This document shows positions 1 through 15,026 of a stretch of 64,000 nucleotides of DNA, piece by piece. Source of the stretch: Octopus sinensis (Eukaryota). Below the pieces are notes generated by a model. It was not told where the DNA came from, did no database searches, and was given only the letters and a program-made list of their open reading frames with translations. The position numbers were made by a program, and so were the translations under genes. The stretch lies in contig NC_043013.1 in assembly GCF_006345805.1 (NCBI RefSeq), positions 18,786,001-18,850,000 on the forward strand. Reading direction: 5' to 3'. How positions within the stretch are numbered: position 1 is the first letter of the stretch; each line of letters starts with the position of its first letter.

Positions 1-59
<59 letters not shown>

Positions 60-344
60 CGCTGATGCAGTACCAGGCTGTGGCTCTCATGGCTTCTGAT
101 CTTAACTGATTGGATGTGCTATCATGTACATTGTTTTGTCTTGATATAAAAGATGGGCTACAGCAAATATTCTGCTCAATACCACAGGTTTGCTTGTCAG
201 TTATTTGACCTTAACCAGTTGAGCATGTCCCTTAGTGGCTGACGATATGTGCATCTCTGATCACGAGCAGAAGTAGTGGAGGGCATCATAACCATGTGTT
301 GAGAGGAATTCTTTGGAGTTTGGATAAATCACCTTTGGAAATAT

Positions 345-2706
345 GAGCAACTCGACGTGAAGAAAATTCTAACTACGCCCCACCTGCAAGGTCATGTGCT
401 ATTTATCATGGTATAAGATCTCCATGTCGCACACATATGGTTGTGATGCATGCGCCTGGTGTACCCTTATCAGACGGGTAGTCATAATGGGTGTATTGGG
501 AATTGTGTTCATTTGAACTCAAATGGCATGTCTGATTGGAATTCTTGGAATGAAAGCCTCTTCCCCAGAGGTATCTCCAGAGATATCACATTAGGTGATA
601 ATGTATTTACAAGCAACCTTGTCCCATTGCATAATTTGGGAGGATCTAAATTTCATAGAAGCTTTATTAGGGTTCCAACCTTCAGAAAGAAGTTTATGTG
701 AAGGAATCCCTGGTGACTCAAGAGAATTAAGGAATTCTGTTATGTAATGGACAGTTTGATTTTCATCAAGGACTGAATCAACTGATCTGTACTCCTTTAT
801 GACTGTTGGAATATTATTCATTAATTCATGGTTAATCCTTGCCACTGTCTCATTCTTGAGGACAAGAATTGCTCTTTTTCACAACCATTAATGTGAATTA
901 TAATTGTTAAGTCTGGAAACACCGTTCCTCAATTCAGCTGGAGAATTCACCATGATAGCAATATGAGCCAAATTGATAACACCATTCCCATCAAGTGGTA
1001 CTTTCCCATTTCCTAATTGGAGGAGCCAGGTTGAAAACTGTTCTGCACATTGGTCCCCATGTAATAAAGCTAGCATGTTAATATTGAAGTTGAATTTCTG
1101 TACTTTATTCCATAGATGTGAAGACTGAATGTATGCTTTTATTTCATCAGATCTTGTTGGTCTCGGAATGACTACTAGTGTCTATCTGAAAGTCTCCTGA
1201 TAAAACTAATGTGTCTCCTCGCATTGATTTATTGTATCTTATATCCTGTAAGTTCTTACTAAGTGCTTCCATTGCACCTTTATGTGATATGGTGCATTCA
1301 TCCCGAATGATAAGGTGGCATTGGCGCAACACTTCTGCTGAACCCGAACCTTTGCTTATGTTACAAATTGGTCAGTCATTTGTGACCAGGTTTAGCGGTA
1401 ATTTAAGAGCAGAATGAGCTGCTCCTCCTCCTCCTGGGACAAGGGTGGAAGCAATGCAACAAGATGCTACAGCAACTGCAATTCATTTTATCTTGCTTTA
1501 CCTTGGAGAAAAGCAATGTTATTACAAATGCTTTACTTGTGCCACCAGGAGCATCAAGAAAGGAAATTCCTCCGCTTTTTTTCTCTGGCTGACGAAATAA
1601 CTTTATCACATGCACAGCGCGTTGTTCTAGAAGTTTAGGTTCGAGCTCATTCACAAATGCAGCTAACTCTGTGATGTCACAGTTTGCCTCTCTTGCTATG
1701 TCTCTTGAAGTTAAATCACTAATTTGACGGTTTGTTTTTGGCAGTCCAGAGCCAGACTCTAGCATATTTTTGCCTCCCATGGCCAAATTTTGATCCTGTA
1801 TTTCAATTAGTGCTTGGTTAAAAATTGCTTCAGAGAACTGAATATTGATATCTGGGTTTGCCTGTTGAACTGCATACTTTAAGTCCTCAGCCATGTCCTC
1901 ACGAAGTTCCTTCCAAAGCTGTAGGAGACTGCCAACTTAACACATGATCAGTAAAATTGTAGAAAGGTTACGAAGTCTCCTTGGAGAATCTGATAGTGAT
2001 GCTTTAGTTAATGCAAGGTCCCAATGCTCCTCATTTTCTAAAAAACTTAGCTATCATGGTTCCCTATAAACTTCACACACATAACCATTTATCCTCCTCA
2101 AATATTGGAATGATTTGGGACCACGTGCTCCATGCAAAAGGGGCCGTAGTAGTAGCATTCTGCTTGGCTTGGGGGGGGGACACTGTAAACTCTTGCAAGA
2201 GTATCAGCCCCACGTTTCCTCTTGTGCTATCTATCGTTTCTCCAAGTAATTCTGGATAAAGGAGTTTTCTTGCATCTTCATCTACTTGACACAATTTAAA
2301 AAGACCGTAAGGGAATTTTCTTTGGAGAAAGTGCTCGTTGAAAGACTGTTTGTTTTGTAAAGATAACCATTGTGGTATTCTCTAGATAGAGACTCAGATG
2401 AATGAGTGCTGGGCGCCTCTCATGAATGGGAAAATTGAAGATGTGCCAAAACGCCTCATTGCTACTGATGTATCTTCCTCTCTCATTCTGTGCCACTTCA
2501 TCACTTTTATTTATCTGTAGACTGCCTTTCCACATAAGTGTGTATGTTGCAGCATCTAAACCTTTGTTTATATATTTGCAAACATATTTAATAAACTTAG
2601 CAGAGTTGTAGGATTCAACTTTGATATGGGCCTTGAAAGTTTTTGTAAGAAACACAGAAAGATAACAAGTTTCTATTGAAGTTGAAAGAGAGAGGGATAG
2701 CAGGAG

Positions 2707-2760
<54 letters not shown>

Positions 2761-2898
2761 AGAGAGAAAGAGAGAGAGAAAGAGACGTTGATGTTTCATA
2801 CTGTATGTAGCTTCTATATATGAAGGTGAAAGAAACCCGGCACAAAGAGGGGGGAAAGCGGAAGAGAAAGAGACGCTGACGTTTGACACTGTATGTAT

Positions 2899-2935
<37 letters not shown>

Positions 2936-3140
2936 TGAGTGTGTGCGTGCATGTTTGTGTGCGTGTGTGTTGTGTTCCACAATCGCCATTTATTTCAACC
3001 CACCGATTTTCAATGATGTATTCTTGTCCATTTCTCACCAAGCCCAGGTTTTCTTCTCCGGTAAAAAGGGGTAGCCACCTTATCCAGTGTGTGTTTCTTG
3101 TACAGAGGGACGCGGGTAGTTCTTGGTACACTTATTCTGC
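345..3140 (-). mobile_element. Decayed Helitron Rep/PIF1-helicase coding region (frameshifted, interrupted by microsatellites)
   Basis: Collinear minus-strand fragments with Helitron motifs: IIENRWV (~3000), FKAHIKVESYNSAKFIKYVCKYINKG and GRYISSNEAFWHIFNFPIHER (2296-2650), FLDAPGGTSKAF (Walker A-like, 1403-1894), LIIRDECTISH...VLSGDFQ (1147-1332), FSTWLLQLGNG (888-1076), EFLNSLESPGIPSHKL (591-845), MPFEFK*TQFPI (~500). Confidence 0.93.
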
Positions 3141-3486
3141 CTAATGCATGTGGAAGATGGATTAATTGAACCACAGGGCCCATGAATCATATGGGACTTG
3201 ACAATTTCTCGGAAACTTTTTTAAAATTAAAATGGGGGTTAAATGAAAAGAATAAGTGAAAATTGCATGAATATCTTCACAAGAGTGATTGAGATAAATG
3301 GCGATTTTAGAATAGCACACGCACGCAAACACGCACACACACACACACTCACTTTCACACACACACATGCACACACACACACTCGTGTGTATATATATAT
3401 AGGTATTTGTGTATGAGAACGTATACATGCATATGTGTACATACACGCACGCATACATATGTGTGTGTGTGTATGTATATATACAA

Positions 3487-3541
<55 letters not shown>

Positions 3542-3547
3542 ATATAT

Positions 3548-3584
<37 letters not shown>

Positions 3585-4397
3585 GTGTGTGTGGTGTCTG
3601 TGTGTATGTATATCTATGTACATATGACTTATATGAGAATATACATATGCGTATGCGTAGAAAATGTATCTTTATATAGACATATCTATACGTACATGCA
3701 GACGCGAAACATCGTCATAATTACAGAATCTTTTAAAGTTTGCTTACAAAACCGATATCTCGCATAAAAATGTCAGCTAATTAACGACTGGACATTACGA
3801 AATTATTTAATGGACTATGGACGGTACAAATGACAATCATATACATGAATACATACATTACACACATGCATGCATGCATACATACATACGTATGTAGGAG
3901 CGTGTGTTTGTTTTCTGTTTTTGTGTTTGTTTTTTTTTGTGTGTGTGTGGTCGCTTGATTTTCAAATTCCTCTCAGCACTGTCTTGCCGCACAGTTGTTT
4001 TTTTAACACTGGCTATATGTTTCTGGAACCCGATTTGGCTCTGTGGGGCTTTTCGATGTCCACAGTCTTCTAGAAAATTCCTTGTTACAATGGCTTCAAA
4101 CACATCACTAATTTGAGTGATGGGAAGTCAAATAGTTCTATAGGTGAATGATAACGGAAGTTACTAGTTCCATCCCTGAATAGAAAGTGAATCAGATTTG
4201 AGTTGGAAGGCCTTGAGACGTTCATTTCTATTTTTGAATTTTAGATACATACATACATACATACATACATACATACATACATACGTACATACATACACAC
4301 ACACACACATACATACATACATACATACATACGTACGTACGTACATACATACATACATACATACATACATACATACATACATACATGCCCACAGACA

Positions 4398-4443
4398 GAA
4401 TTTCCCACAAATGTAGTATATATACTACATATGTGGGAAATTC
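4398..4443. repeat. Near-perfect 46-bp palindrome centred on TATATA, at the start of a Helitron/DINE-like non-autonomous end
   Basis: gaatttcccacaaatgtagta-tata-tactacatatgtgggaaaattc. The downstream tctgtgtgtgtgtttgt...aactcc...cgattttgatgaaac resembles the 5' portion of non-autonomous Helitron-like elements (resemblance judged by eye). Confidence 0.75.
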
Positions 4444-5187
4444 TCTGTGTGTGTGTGTTTGTGGAGTAGTGAGCTAACTCCTACATCGTTTTATCGATTT
4501 TGATGAAACCAGACACATGAGTAGAACACATATCTGGAAACCTCATGGCATACTCATATTGTTGAAAAATCGATAATAGGGTCCCTGAAAGGGATCCTAT
4601 ATATATCTAATATATTTCATATTGGTAACCAAAGAAAATAACCCATTCATTTTCCTAAATTATTTGGTAAAAATGAAATTAAGTATGCTTATTTCTTAGT
4701 ATTTGAACTGTTAGAGTCATTTTCGAAATTTATCCAGTACAACCCTTAAACAAGTAAATAGTATTTTCCTAAACTATATATCCACTTATTTCGGTTGGTG
4801 ACTTATTCACGAATATACTAACACTAGCCCCACTGAGGGTAATATTCTCTGGGAACGCAGAAAAACACTTTTCAGAGTTATTTACTTTGAATTGGTATTA
4901 TCTCATCTGATTAGCCTGTTATTACGTAACATGATACACGATTTTAGTATACATAACTTTTTAGTATTTCCTCCAAAGTTCTATATACTCTGGAAACGCA
5001 TTAAAGCCTTTTCGGGGTTGCTTTCTGAATACTTACGATCGGGTAACTAATTTAATGTTATTACATAACTGACTTCACAATTTGGGTATTCATAACTTAT
5101 TGGGAGTTCCTAGAAACAAGATCCTATGTAAGACAGTTCGGTAAATACAAAATGGTGACAATTTATCCATCGCACCTCGTATATATA

Positions 5188-5270
<83 letters not shown>

Positions 5271-5286
5271 ATTTATTTATTTATTT

Positions 5287-5337
<51 letters not shown>

Positions 5338-5345
5338 TTGATATA

Positions 5346-6164
5346 CGAGGTGCGATGGGTAAATTGTCGCCATTTTGTATTTTTAATTTCTTGCATTCTT
5401 TGATTTTGTCGACTACACATTATAGTAAGGTTAGTTGGGCAGAGTCTGTGAGAAATACACCACCATGAAGCAATTAACTCTGCAAGCAATTTGGAAACGA
5501 CACGCTGTACCGCTTGGCATTCGTGCTGGAAGATCCAATACAAACATTTCAGAGTGTTTGTGTCAATCTGAGTACCTGTACCGAGAGTGATAAAAATCAA
5601 ATATCTAGAGAACATCATGTGATGGCGACTTTATGCCTCCATTCCTCTTCCCACACGGGCTCACACTCAACACGGAGACCTACAAGGAGGTAATGCTGCC
5701 CTGGGTGAAGAGGGTGGCTGCTGGAAGAGCCTATGTCTGGCAACAAGATCCTGCACCATGCCACAGAAGCAGGAGAAGCCGGTTATGGCTGTTAGACAAT
5801 TTCTTCGACCACATCACACCTAACATCTGGCCAAGAAACTTCCCAGACTGCAACCCCCTTGATTATTATGTGTGGGGCGCAGTTGAGTGAGAGACCAAGA
5901 AAAAACCTTGTAACACCAAAGTTGAACTGAAGGCAAGGATTATGGTTGCATTTACCAACTTAAACAAGGAGACCGTCCTAAAGCGTTGCAAGGAATTCCG
6001 AAGTCGTCTGGAGGGTGTGGTTCAAGACAACGGCGATTTTGTTGAATAAATTTACTCTTTAGTATTTCGAAATATTTTCATGGAATTTTGGTGAATATAT
6101 CTGTTAAAATGAGATGTGTTATTTTCATTTTTGCGTAATTTAGACGTCAGTTTACTCACCGCAC

Positions 6165-6168
<4 letters not shown>
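5346..6168 (+). mobile_element. Internally deleted maT-type (DD37D) Tc1/mariner transposon
   Basis: Imperfect TIRs cgaggtgcgatgggtaaattgtcg / gacgtcagtttactcaccgcacctca flanked by TA. ORF 5633-5890 has WQQDPAPCH...WPRNFPDCNPLDYYVWG, with 37 residues between the 2nd and 3rd catalytic D. Confidence 0.92.
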
Positions 6169-6211
<43 letters not shown>

Positions 6212-6398
6212 CGTAAACATGACACGATGTAGGTAAAGACATTTGAGAATTTGAAAAGTTAACACGAAACCGGTAATTTCTTCAAAAACTATGTTAGTAT
6301 ATGAAAAGATTTTATAACATTCTTCTAACATAACGACTTAAATACATTCTTTAACCTTATAAAACAAGCCTTCTGTAGTTTTTTCACTCTTTTCTATT

Positions 6399-6468
<70 letters not shown>

Positions 6469-6974
6469 AAGGCGGTTGTCCACCATAGCCACAATCAAAT
6501 TACTGAAACAAGTAAAAGTAAAAGAATATAGATAAAATTTTAAAAAGTGATGACACAGGACAAACAATGGTTATGTTATGAACCTCATTAGCTTGCCTCT
6601 GTTTCTACTACAAAAAAGCAGTGAACTCTTAGCTGAGTGCCTGAAGGCTCCGACGAAGCTACACGATGTTATTCAGACAATCAACTAAGAATCCACAGCA
6701 TTTTATGACAATAACAGCTGTAGACTAATAAGGTTCATAGCATAAACATTGTTTTTTCTTGTGTTGTGATTTTGTTTTTCGTATTATTTTCCATACTCAT
6801 GTAACACTTTGTTCTGAAACATAAGACCAGGTTTTTCGTTTTGCAAAGTCTAAGAGAAATATTACGTGTGTGCTTCTGCGTGTGTGATTGTATGTGTGTG
6901 CTTACACATGTGTTTGCCTGTGTGTGCGTGTTTGTTCGTGTGTTTGTGTTTGTGTGTGTGGTTGTGTATTGGTA

Positions 6975-7028
<54 letters not shown>

Positions 7029-7438
7029 GTGCGCGTTTGCGTGTTCGTGTGTGTATTTGATGTTCTGGATTGAAATCTCGTGTCTGTTTACACTTGGGCT
7101 GTGGTACAAAATAGAATTGCTTCATTGGGATTCGGAAAAGCAGTAGCTCTGGAAATTTTAAAGTCAGTATGTATTTTAGCTTATCTCTGTCAGTGCCAGG
7201 CGAGCAGCTGGCATCATGAGAATGGAAGGACGCTTCCATTTCCTGCGTTGATATCATCTACATACACACACGCGAGCGCGCACATGCATACAAACATATA
7301 CATGTGTATAGATCGATATACATATATATGTATATATGTGTCTGAATATATATACACATTTATATGTGTACATATATATATAATTATATATACATATATA
7401 TATATTATATATATATTATATATATACATATACATACT

Positions 7439-7518
<80 letters not shown>

Positions 7519-9074
7519 ACATATACGTATTTACATATGAAAGGAAAAGGATTGATGTGAGAGAAATAACTTCGTGTGGCTAATGGCATGTATTTCAGGA
7601 ATAAAGCCGAATAAGAGAATATTAAATAATTTACAAGACAAATTCTTGATTTATTGAAATTATTTCCGTTTCCAGAGAGATCGGAAGATTTGTGTTGCTG
7701 CTGCTTCTGCTATTGTTTAAGCTACACTCACACGTACATTTTGTAGCGTATCCAAAAGAAAAAGGAAAAAAACGGCCACCCGACTTATCGAAATGGAACA
7801 TCTCCCCCAATACTTTGTAATCTCTTCACACCACTTCAGATGTGCTGTCCTATATTCCTGTCCTTTCTCTAACTACTCTACTGACTTCTAGTCCCTGAAC
7901 TTGTTGGATTGTCGTGCCAGATGTACCCTACAGTAATATTCTACTCATCTGTCTTTCCTACTGCTAGCATCCCTATTGTACCCCACACTGATCACTAAAC
8001 CGAATCTTTTCCTCTCAGATCATCAGATCTTTGGAAATACTCTACATATTACGCATTATTTTTCTAATGTCGTAGATAAAACATTATCTTTATTGGTGGA
8101 ACTTGTCTAGGATAACATTCGACAGTTATGAGTATACACCAACCCATATTCTAAACCAAACTATTCACAAAACCTTTAGAGTATTTTGTTTGAACCTTTA
8201 TAATTTAACGTCACTCCCCATTTCACCAGAATTAACTTTATCTTTCATCTCCCCACGTTCGATAAAATGGGGTCATTTGATTTGACCGCACGCTCCTCCC
8301 AAAAGATGTGGTTCTCTGCCAACTTAATAAACAAATACGAGAAAGCTGTCCCCGCTCTTCTGATTCTTGAGTCCTGAGTAACTTCAGACAAATCAGTCGA
8401 GTGGTCATTCTTTAAATACTATACGGCATACTTCTAAGCACAGCAGCAGTAGACGCTCACACATATGTATGAGGTACTAGGCTCTGGGCATTCTCTGACT
8501 TTTGTTGAGGGTTCGTACTAGATAGGCGCTGGAACGTTTTCTAACTCTGAAGAGAAAATACAATCCTCAAGAGGCAGCCTATAATTTTTAAGCGGCAGTA
8601 TCATAATCCCTCTTATGATCCCCACAAACTGACGCAACGTTCTCCTGTATCATATTTCCGTTCTACTACAATGCCATTTTCATATATATATGCATTATCA
8701 TATTATTTATTCCTTTCTGCAACCATTGCATTTGGTTATCATACTCTTACCAACGCTGTTTCCTTTCTTTCTGTACGTTACTTTATAATCTCATAGATTT
8801 TTCGCTGCAATATATTCACAGTGTTATATATCCAAATGTTCACCCCCACGCAATATCACCACTGTAAGAAAATAATATATTCTTAACATATTCCCATAAC
8901 ACCAAGACTGATGCCTTCCCCGTTTACAAAACTACTATGTTACATGATATCAAACTTTCCTCCGTTTTTCATCAGCCGTTATATTGTGGTGGTATCATTC
9001 GGCAGACGATATCTTTTGTTGCGTTTATCACAGGATCTCTCTCGTTCCGCTGCACAATAATAATAATGATGATG

Positions 9075-9164
<90 letters not shown>

Positions 9165-10702
9165 TATTCTGATGTTATAATTCCATATATCCTGAATTAT
9201 ACGTATCGAGATAAAATTAAAACCAGAGATAAAAATAATAGAAAACTGATGAAATTTATTCATAAGAATCGAAAGAATCGAAGATAAATCTCGGGTGGTA
9301 GAGAAAGGAATGAAAATAAATAAATAAAATAAACATTAATGAATAAATATTTATAAACAAAACAAAAAGAAAACGTGAAAAATGGCGTTAAATTATTCTT
9401 TCTTTTCCCCTTCAATTCTGTCAAATATATTTTAATCTCTTTCATAGAATTGGTATTTGCATTGCAAACTATATTGACACAGAACTTACTTTATTCGAAT
9501 AAAACAACTACAACAACGGTATTACAAACAAAATGAAAATAATCCTTATATATTTTTTTGCTATATATTTCACTCCATTTTTTTTCTAGTAGGAATTTGC
9601 ATGTTTCATTGTGATGCCAATAGTATAGAGACTTCGTCCATAGAATTGTAACTGTTTGTCTTGCACTTCGCTTCTGTTGCAAACCCCCGTTATTTTGAAG
9701 AGCTTGCGTTGATATAACACAAGCGTGGTATTTTTTCTCTCAACTTTTATTTCATTTTTATCGATGATGGACAAAATATGTTTTAGATAAATATTGATTA
9801 GGAAATGGCTATTTCCTGTAATTCCAAGTTACTATACTTTAAAATAAAGAAACACTTAATGAACATAGCTAAAATGTCTTGGAGTCTTTGGAGTGTTTAG
9901 CCGTTTTACCAATCTGCGAAACCTAGTAGCGAAAGGAAAAGTCACGCAGAGTTTGCTGAAGAAGCGAAGCGAATTCAATATTAAATATTTTAGATTAGAA
10001 AAATCTAGATTGAATATGAAGTCAATATGAATATAAACGAGGTTGCTGATACATTAAACTATTTATCTACATTCGCTATTAAGTGTGTTTATGTACATAT
10101 ATATGGTTGTTTAAGTGCTACTCTTCTCAGATACACATGTAAACAGATACACACTCTCCTGAAAACACCTCAGTAATAGCTTCACATTTACCATGATTGA
10201 ATACAAACTTAAACGCTTTATCAGGAAGAAGAAATAAAATAAAACACTTATAACAAGATGGCGGCTGGGAAGAGAGAAAAAAAATGTAAATGTATTTATC
10301 GTCTGCTTTCGTTTGGAAGGATTCAATTTTTGAAGTGAACAAAACTAGCAGCAACTACAACAATTACAACAACAGCATCACCAGCAGCACCTACAGCAAC
10401 AGCAGCAATGAAGATCTGTTAAAACTGATGATTAAGTTAATGCAGCTATTAGGTGTAACAAAACTGAAGTTAACAATTTCAAGTACTACTTTTTTTAACG
10501 CCTCATCCTACTTGAATCAAACTGTCCCCATACTGAGAGACGTAATTATAACAATGCTAAAAGATATTGATTTCAAATTTTAGCACAAGGCCAGCAGTTC
10601 CGAGGTAGGAAGTAAGTCGATTACATTGACCCTAACGTTCAACGAGTACATCTCGAAAGGATGAAAGGCAAAGTCGATCTCGGTAGAAAGACGGACGAAA
10701 TT

Positions 10703-10935
10703 CCTATTTCTTTACTACCCACAAGGGGCTAAACGCAGAGAGGACAAACAAGGACAGACAAACGGATTAAGCCGATTACATCGACCCCAGTGCGTAACTG
10801 GTACTTAATTTATCGACCCCGAAAGGATGAAAGGCAAAGTCGACCTCGGCGGAATTTGAACTCAGAATGTAACGGCAGACGAAATTCCGCTAAGCATTTT
10901 GCCCGGCGTGCTAAAGATTCTGCCAGCTGGGTGCC
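10703..10935 (-). mobile_element. tRNA-derived SINE, family A
   Basis: Reverse complement of the copy at 11499-11729 (ggcgagctggcagaa...gagttcaaattccgccgaggtcgac...ccccttgtggg). A partial copy adjoins at ~10585-10700. Confidence 0.85.
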
Positions 10936-11498
10936 TTATTATAAGATATTAATGTTTTTTCATTGTTATTTAACCCCAAGTAATACCTACATGATCAGGC
11001 TTGCCATCAAGAGTGATCTATTTGTGACCATCTCTTTTTATATTTTCTAAAGTACTGTAAATTTCATGATCTCTGTACCTAATGCATTCCCTCGTTTTAA
11101 GACGACGACGAGTATGATTTACAAATGTCCCATAGCTTCTATTTCTAGAAAACTGAGCAGAGAATAGAAGCTCTTTAAGCTTGCTGTTGTTCTTCCTTAG
11201 ACCCCAGTTGGAATTGATCAAAAATATCCCACCACCATCACCACAAAAGAAAAATTTTGTTTTTTTTCTGTTTATTTATTTATTTCGTATCTAGTCTGAT
11301 AACTGGGAACGTGAAATTCGAACAACTAAATGCGAGGTGCCAGCTGCCATAACCACAAACAACGATTGAGTATTGTCTGGAACTTCTCACTTGTGTCTAT
11401 GTACAATATACACACTATTCACACACACACACATCCGCACGCACGCACGCACGTTCGCACACATACAATCACGAGCCCCACCATATATTTTCAGTAAA

Positions 11499-11729
11499 GG
11501 CGGCGAGCTGGCAGAAACGTTAGCACGCCGGGCGAAATGCTTAGCCGTATTTCGTCTGCCATTACGTAGTGAGTTCAAATTCCGCCGAGGTCGACTTTGC
11601 CTTTCATCCTTTCATGGTCGATAAGTTAAGTACCAGTTACGAACTGGGGTCGATATAATCGACTTTATCCCTTTGTCTGTCCTTGTTTGTGCCCTCTATG
11701 TTTAGCCCCTTGTGGGCAATAAAGAAATA
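11499..11729 (+). mobile_element. tRNA-derived SINE, family A
   Basis: Head with A-box/B-box-like motifs (ggcgagctggcag ... gagttcaaattcc). Further copies at ~13728-13900 +, 18840-18990 -, 21845-22030 -, 24752-24960 +, 32335-32714 - (two), 42318-42840 + (two), 56600-56920 -. Confidence 0.88.
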
Positions 11730-12210
11730 TATATTTTCAGTATGAGTGTGTATAAAGAAACGGACTATTTGTCTGAAACACCTATAGGTCTGAGCTAATT
11801 TATATTTGTGGATGATTACAATTTGGCCACTCAGGCAAGCCCATAACTTGCCCGCGACCAGTGTTATCCAAGAGAAAAGTGTTCCTTAACGACCAATAGA
11901 GTACCGCGCCAGAGTTCGCGATGGGATTGCTGGCAGAAAACCAAGAACCAGCACAGATATCGCAATGCATCCAGCTCTACCGACCAATTGGTAGTTGTTA
12001 CTCCACCTCTTACAAATGACTATTAAATACTCTCAAAATCACACCGTACTGTCTGAACGAAACGTCGAAGATACAGCCAACGATGTGATGATTACACCTG
12101 AAGTAATTTATAAAAGAGCTCAACCAGAGGTAAACCGGGATTATAGCATAGCAAGCAAATATTTACTCATATACCTATTAATACATGTACACAAATATAC
12201 GCATATACGC

Positions 12211-12615
12211 ATACTCTTTTACTCTCTTACTTGTTTCAGTCATTTGACTGCGGCCATGCTGGAGCACCGCCTTTAGTCGAACAAATCTACCCCGGGACTT
12301 ATTCTTTGTAAGCCCAGTAATTATTCTATCGCTCTCTTTTGCCGAACCGCTAGGTGACAGCGACGTAAACACACCAGCATCGGTTGTAAAGCAATGCTAG
12401 TGGGACAAACACAGACACACAAACATAAACACACACATATATATATACATATATACGACGGGCTTCTTTCAGTTTCCGTCTACCAAATCCACTCACAAGG
12501 CTTTGGTCGGCCCGAGGCTATAGTAGAAGACACTTGCCCAAGATGCCATGCAGTGGGACTGAACCCGGAACCATGTGGTTAGTAAGCAAGCTACTTACCA
12601 CACAGCCACTCCTGC
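12211..12615 (-). mobile_element. tRNA-derived SINE, family B, full length with internal microsatellite
   Basis: Head gcaggagtggctgtgtggtaag...gggttcagtcccactgcg, core ttgggcaagtgtcttctactatagcc, tail ggcggtgctccagcatggccgcagtc...gaaacaagtaagag. It matches the + strand copies at 17710-18104 and 22655-22998. Confidence 0.88.
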
Positions 12616-14013
12616 ATCTGTACAAATATATATATTCGTATTCTTTAACAGTTCAGTGACAATAAGTGTTCCGCTGTTGAATATATCATAGCCTAACCTT
12701 CAAATCCTTAAGGTGTTTTGGGAATGTCTTGACCATTGGTAGTCCTGGAGAAGCGAAGAAGTAACGCACAAGGGTTACCCCCCAGTACCCGACTGATCCT
12801 TTATTTACCAACCTAGAAATGTGAAGTTCATCTCAGAGTGTAATGAGCTGGAACGAATGCCGCAACGCGTTTCAATCGACGCTTAACGAATTTACCCAGT
12901 GTGTACACACACACAGACGCGCGTGCGCAAACACACACACTCTTCCATAAGTTCAGGTTAGATATTTGGAAAAGACATTTGACAATGTTTCATATTAGTC
13001 ATTCTTTGGACGCCGTAACCCATTCGAGTAGAATTACTGTATGCAGCGATATATCCCAGAGTAGGTAGTTGATCTGGAATTCATCGGAGATATTCGACAT
13101 ACATACATACATACATACATACATACATACATACATACATACATACACATACATACATACACATACAAACACACACACACACACCACACATTATATATAT
13201 ATATACATATATATATATATACATACACATACATACATAAAAGAAGAAACGAAAATTGAGATTAGGAAGTTAATAATTGTTTATTATTAACAGCAAATTG
13301 GTCATCTTCGCTTCTTACAGCCGTTTCAATTAATACTATTTTTCTCTTTTTTCTCTTTTACTTGTTTCACTTATTTGACTGCGGCCATGCTGGAGCACCG
13401 CCTCAATAATTTATTTACAAACTTGTATGTTATATGTGGGCTTATCAATTCATCTTAGCAGGCTGCTATATGAATTGATAAGTCAAATTATAGCATCCAA
13501 AGGTACATAATTTTCCCTCTGATGAAGTTATACTCATGTCACATAAATATAGATTTAATGTACAAATTTGTAATTAAAATATTGAGTACTAATTGATGCA
13601 GCTGTAAGAGGCGACGATGACCAATTTCTCGTTAATAATAAACAGCTATTAACTTCCTAATCTTCATTTTCTTTTCGTTTTTTAAATGGATAGAAACTAT
13701 ATGCTTTATATATACTTATTATTTTACTGGCAGAAACGTTAGCACGCCGGGCGAAATGCGTAGCCGTATTTCGTCTGCCGTTACGTTCTCAGTTCAAATT
13801 CCGCCGAGGTCCACTTTGCCTTTCATCCTTTCGGGGCCGATGAATTAAGTACCAGTTACGCACTGGGGTCGATATAATCGACTTGATCCGTTCGTCTGTC
13901 TGTCTCTCTCTAATAACCATAGAAGTTATTTCTTAAGATGTTTATGACTGAATATTTATGACGCTCACGTTGAAACTGTGTTGTTTCCATACCAAATATA
14001 CATATACATATAC

Positions 14014-14069
<56 letters not shown>

Positions 14070-14121
14070 TATATATATATATATATATATACATATATAT
14101 ATACATATATATACATACAAT

Positions 14122-14158
<37 letters not shown>

Positions 14159-14984
14159 CATATATATACATATATATATATATTGTGTACATGTACGGAA
14201 AGAGCGAGAGTGAGACTTGTGTATGTATGTATACATTTATGTCTATACATGACTGACTACGTGAATATGTGTGTAGTGTGTGTGTGTGTATGTGTTTCTG
14301 TGTGTATGTGTGTATGTGTTTGTGTGAATGTGTGTATGTAATAAGAGGTATTTCATAATTTGTTCCGTTACAACTCAGAGTCTCACATGGCCATGTTCGA
14401 TTGTGCAGAGACGAGATAACACACATACATGCACACAACTCCCACCCATATACACAACTCCGCATACACATTGTACACACACATAATGTGTGCACAAACG
14501 AAAGTCTATGTCTAAAATTCCAAATCTATTTTTAATCTCCGCTAATACCGATATCTCTCCATAAATCGTAATCCACACATCCATTCCTCGAATAAATTCT
14601 ATTTCTATTTTCAGAAAAGCAGTCAATCTTTAAGTCAACAGAATTTCAGGTAGAGAGAGAGAGAGGGAGGGAGAGAGGGAGAGGGAGAGCGAGAGAGAAA
14701 GAGAGAGTAAGTGGGTGAGTGAGTGAGAGGAAGTGAGAGGGAATACTCACATCGACTTTTAGGTAATCTACCTGTGTATGTATATATGTGTGTATGTGTG
14801 TGCTTATTTTGATTATATGTATATATATATATATAATATATATATATATATATGGATGTATGTGTGTGTGTATTGAAATATGTGTGTATGAATGCGTGTG
14901 GGTATGTATGTTTATGTATGCATACCTCTAGCTATTTATATATTTATCTAGCTTTATTCAATATGTGTAGACACACAAACACAT

Positions 14985-15026
<42 letters not shown>

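Noticed and set aside
7790-8700. Possible highly decayed LINE on the minus strand
   Set aside because: Only vague resemblance in short translated patches, too degraded to support a call by eye.
1141-13520. Isolated CTGATGA/CTGACGA heptamers (e.g. ~240, ~1145 minus, ~9247, ~13503)
   Set aside because: They have no correctly spaced GAAA with pairing stems. Such matches are expected by chance.
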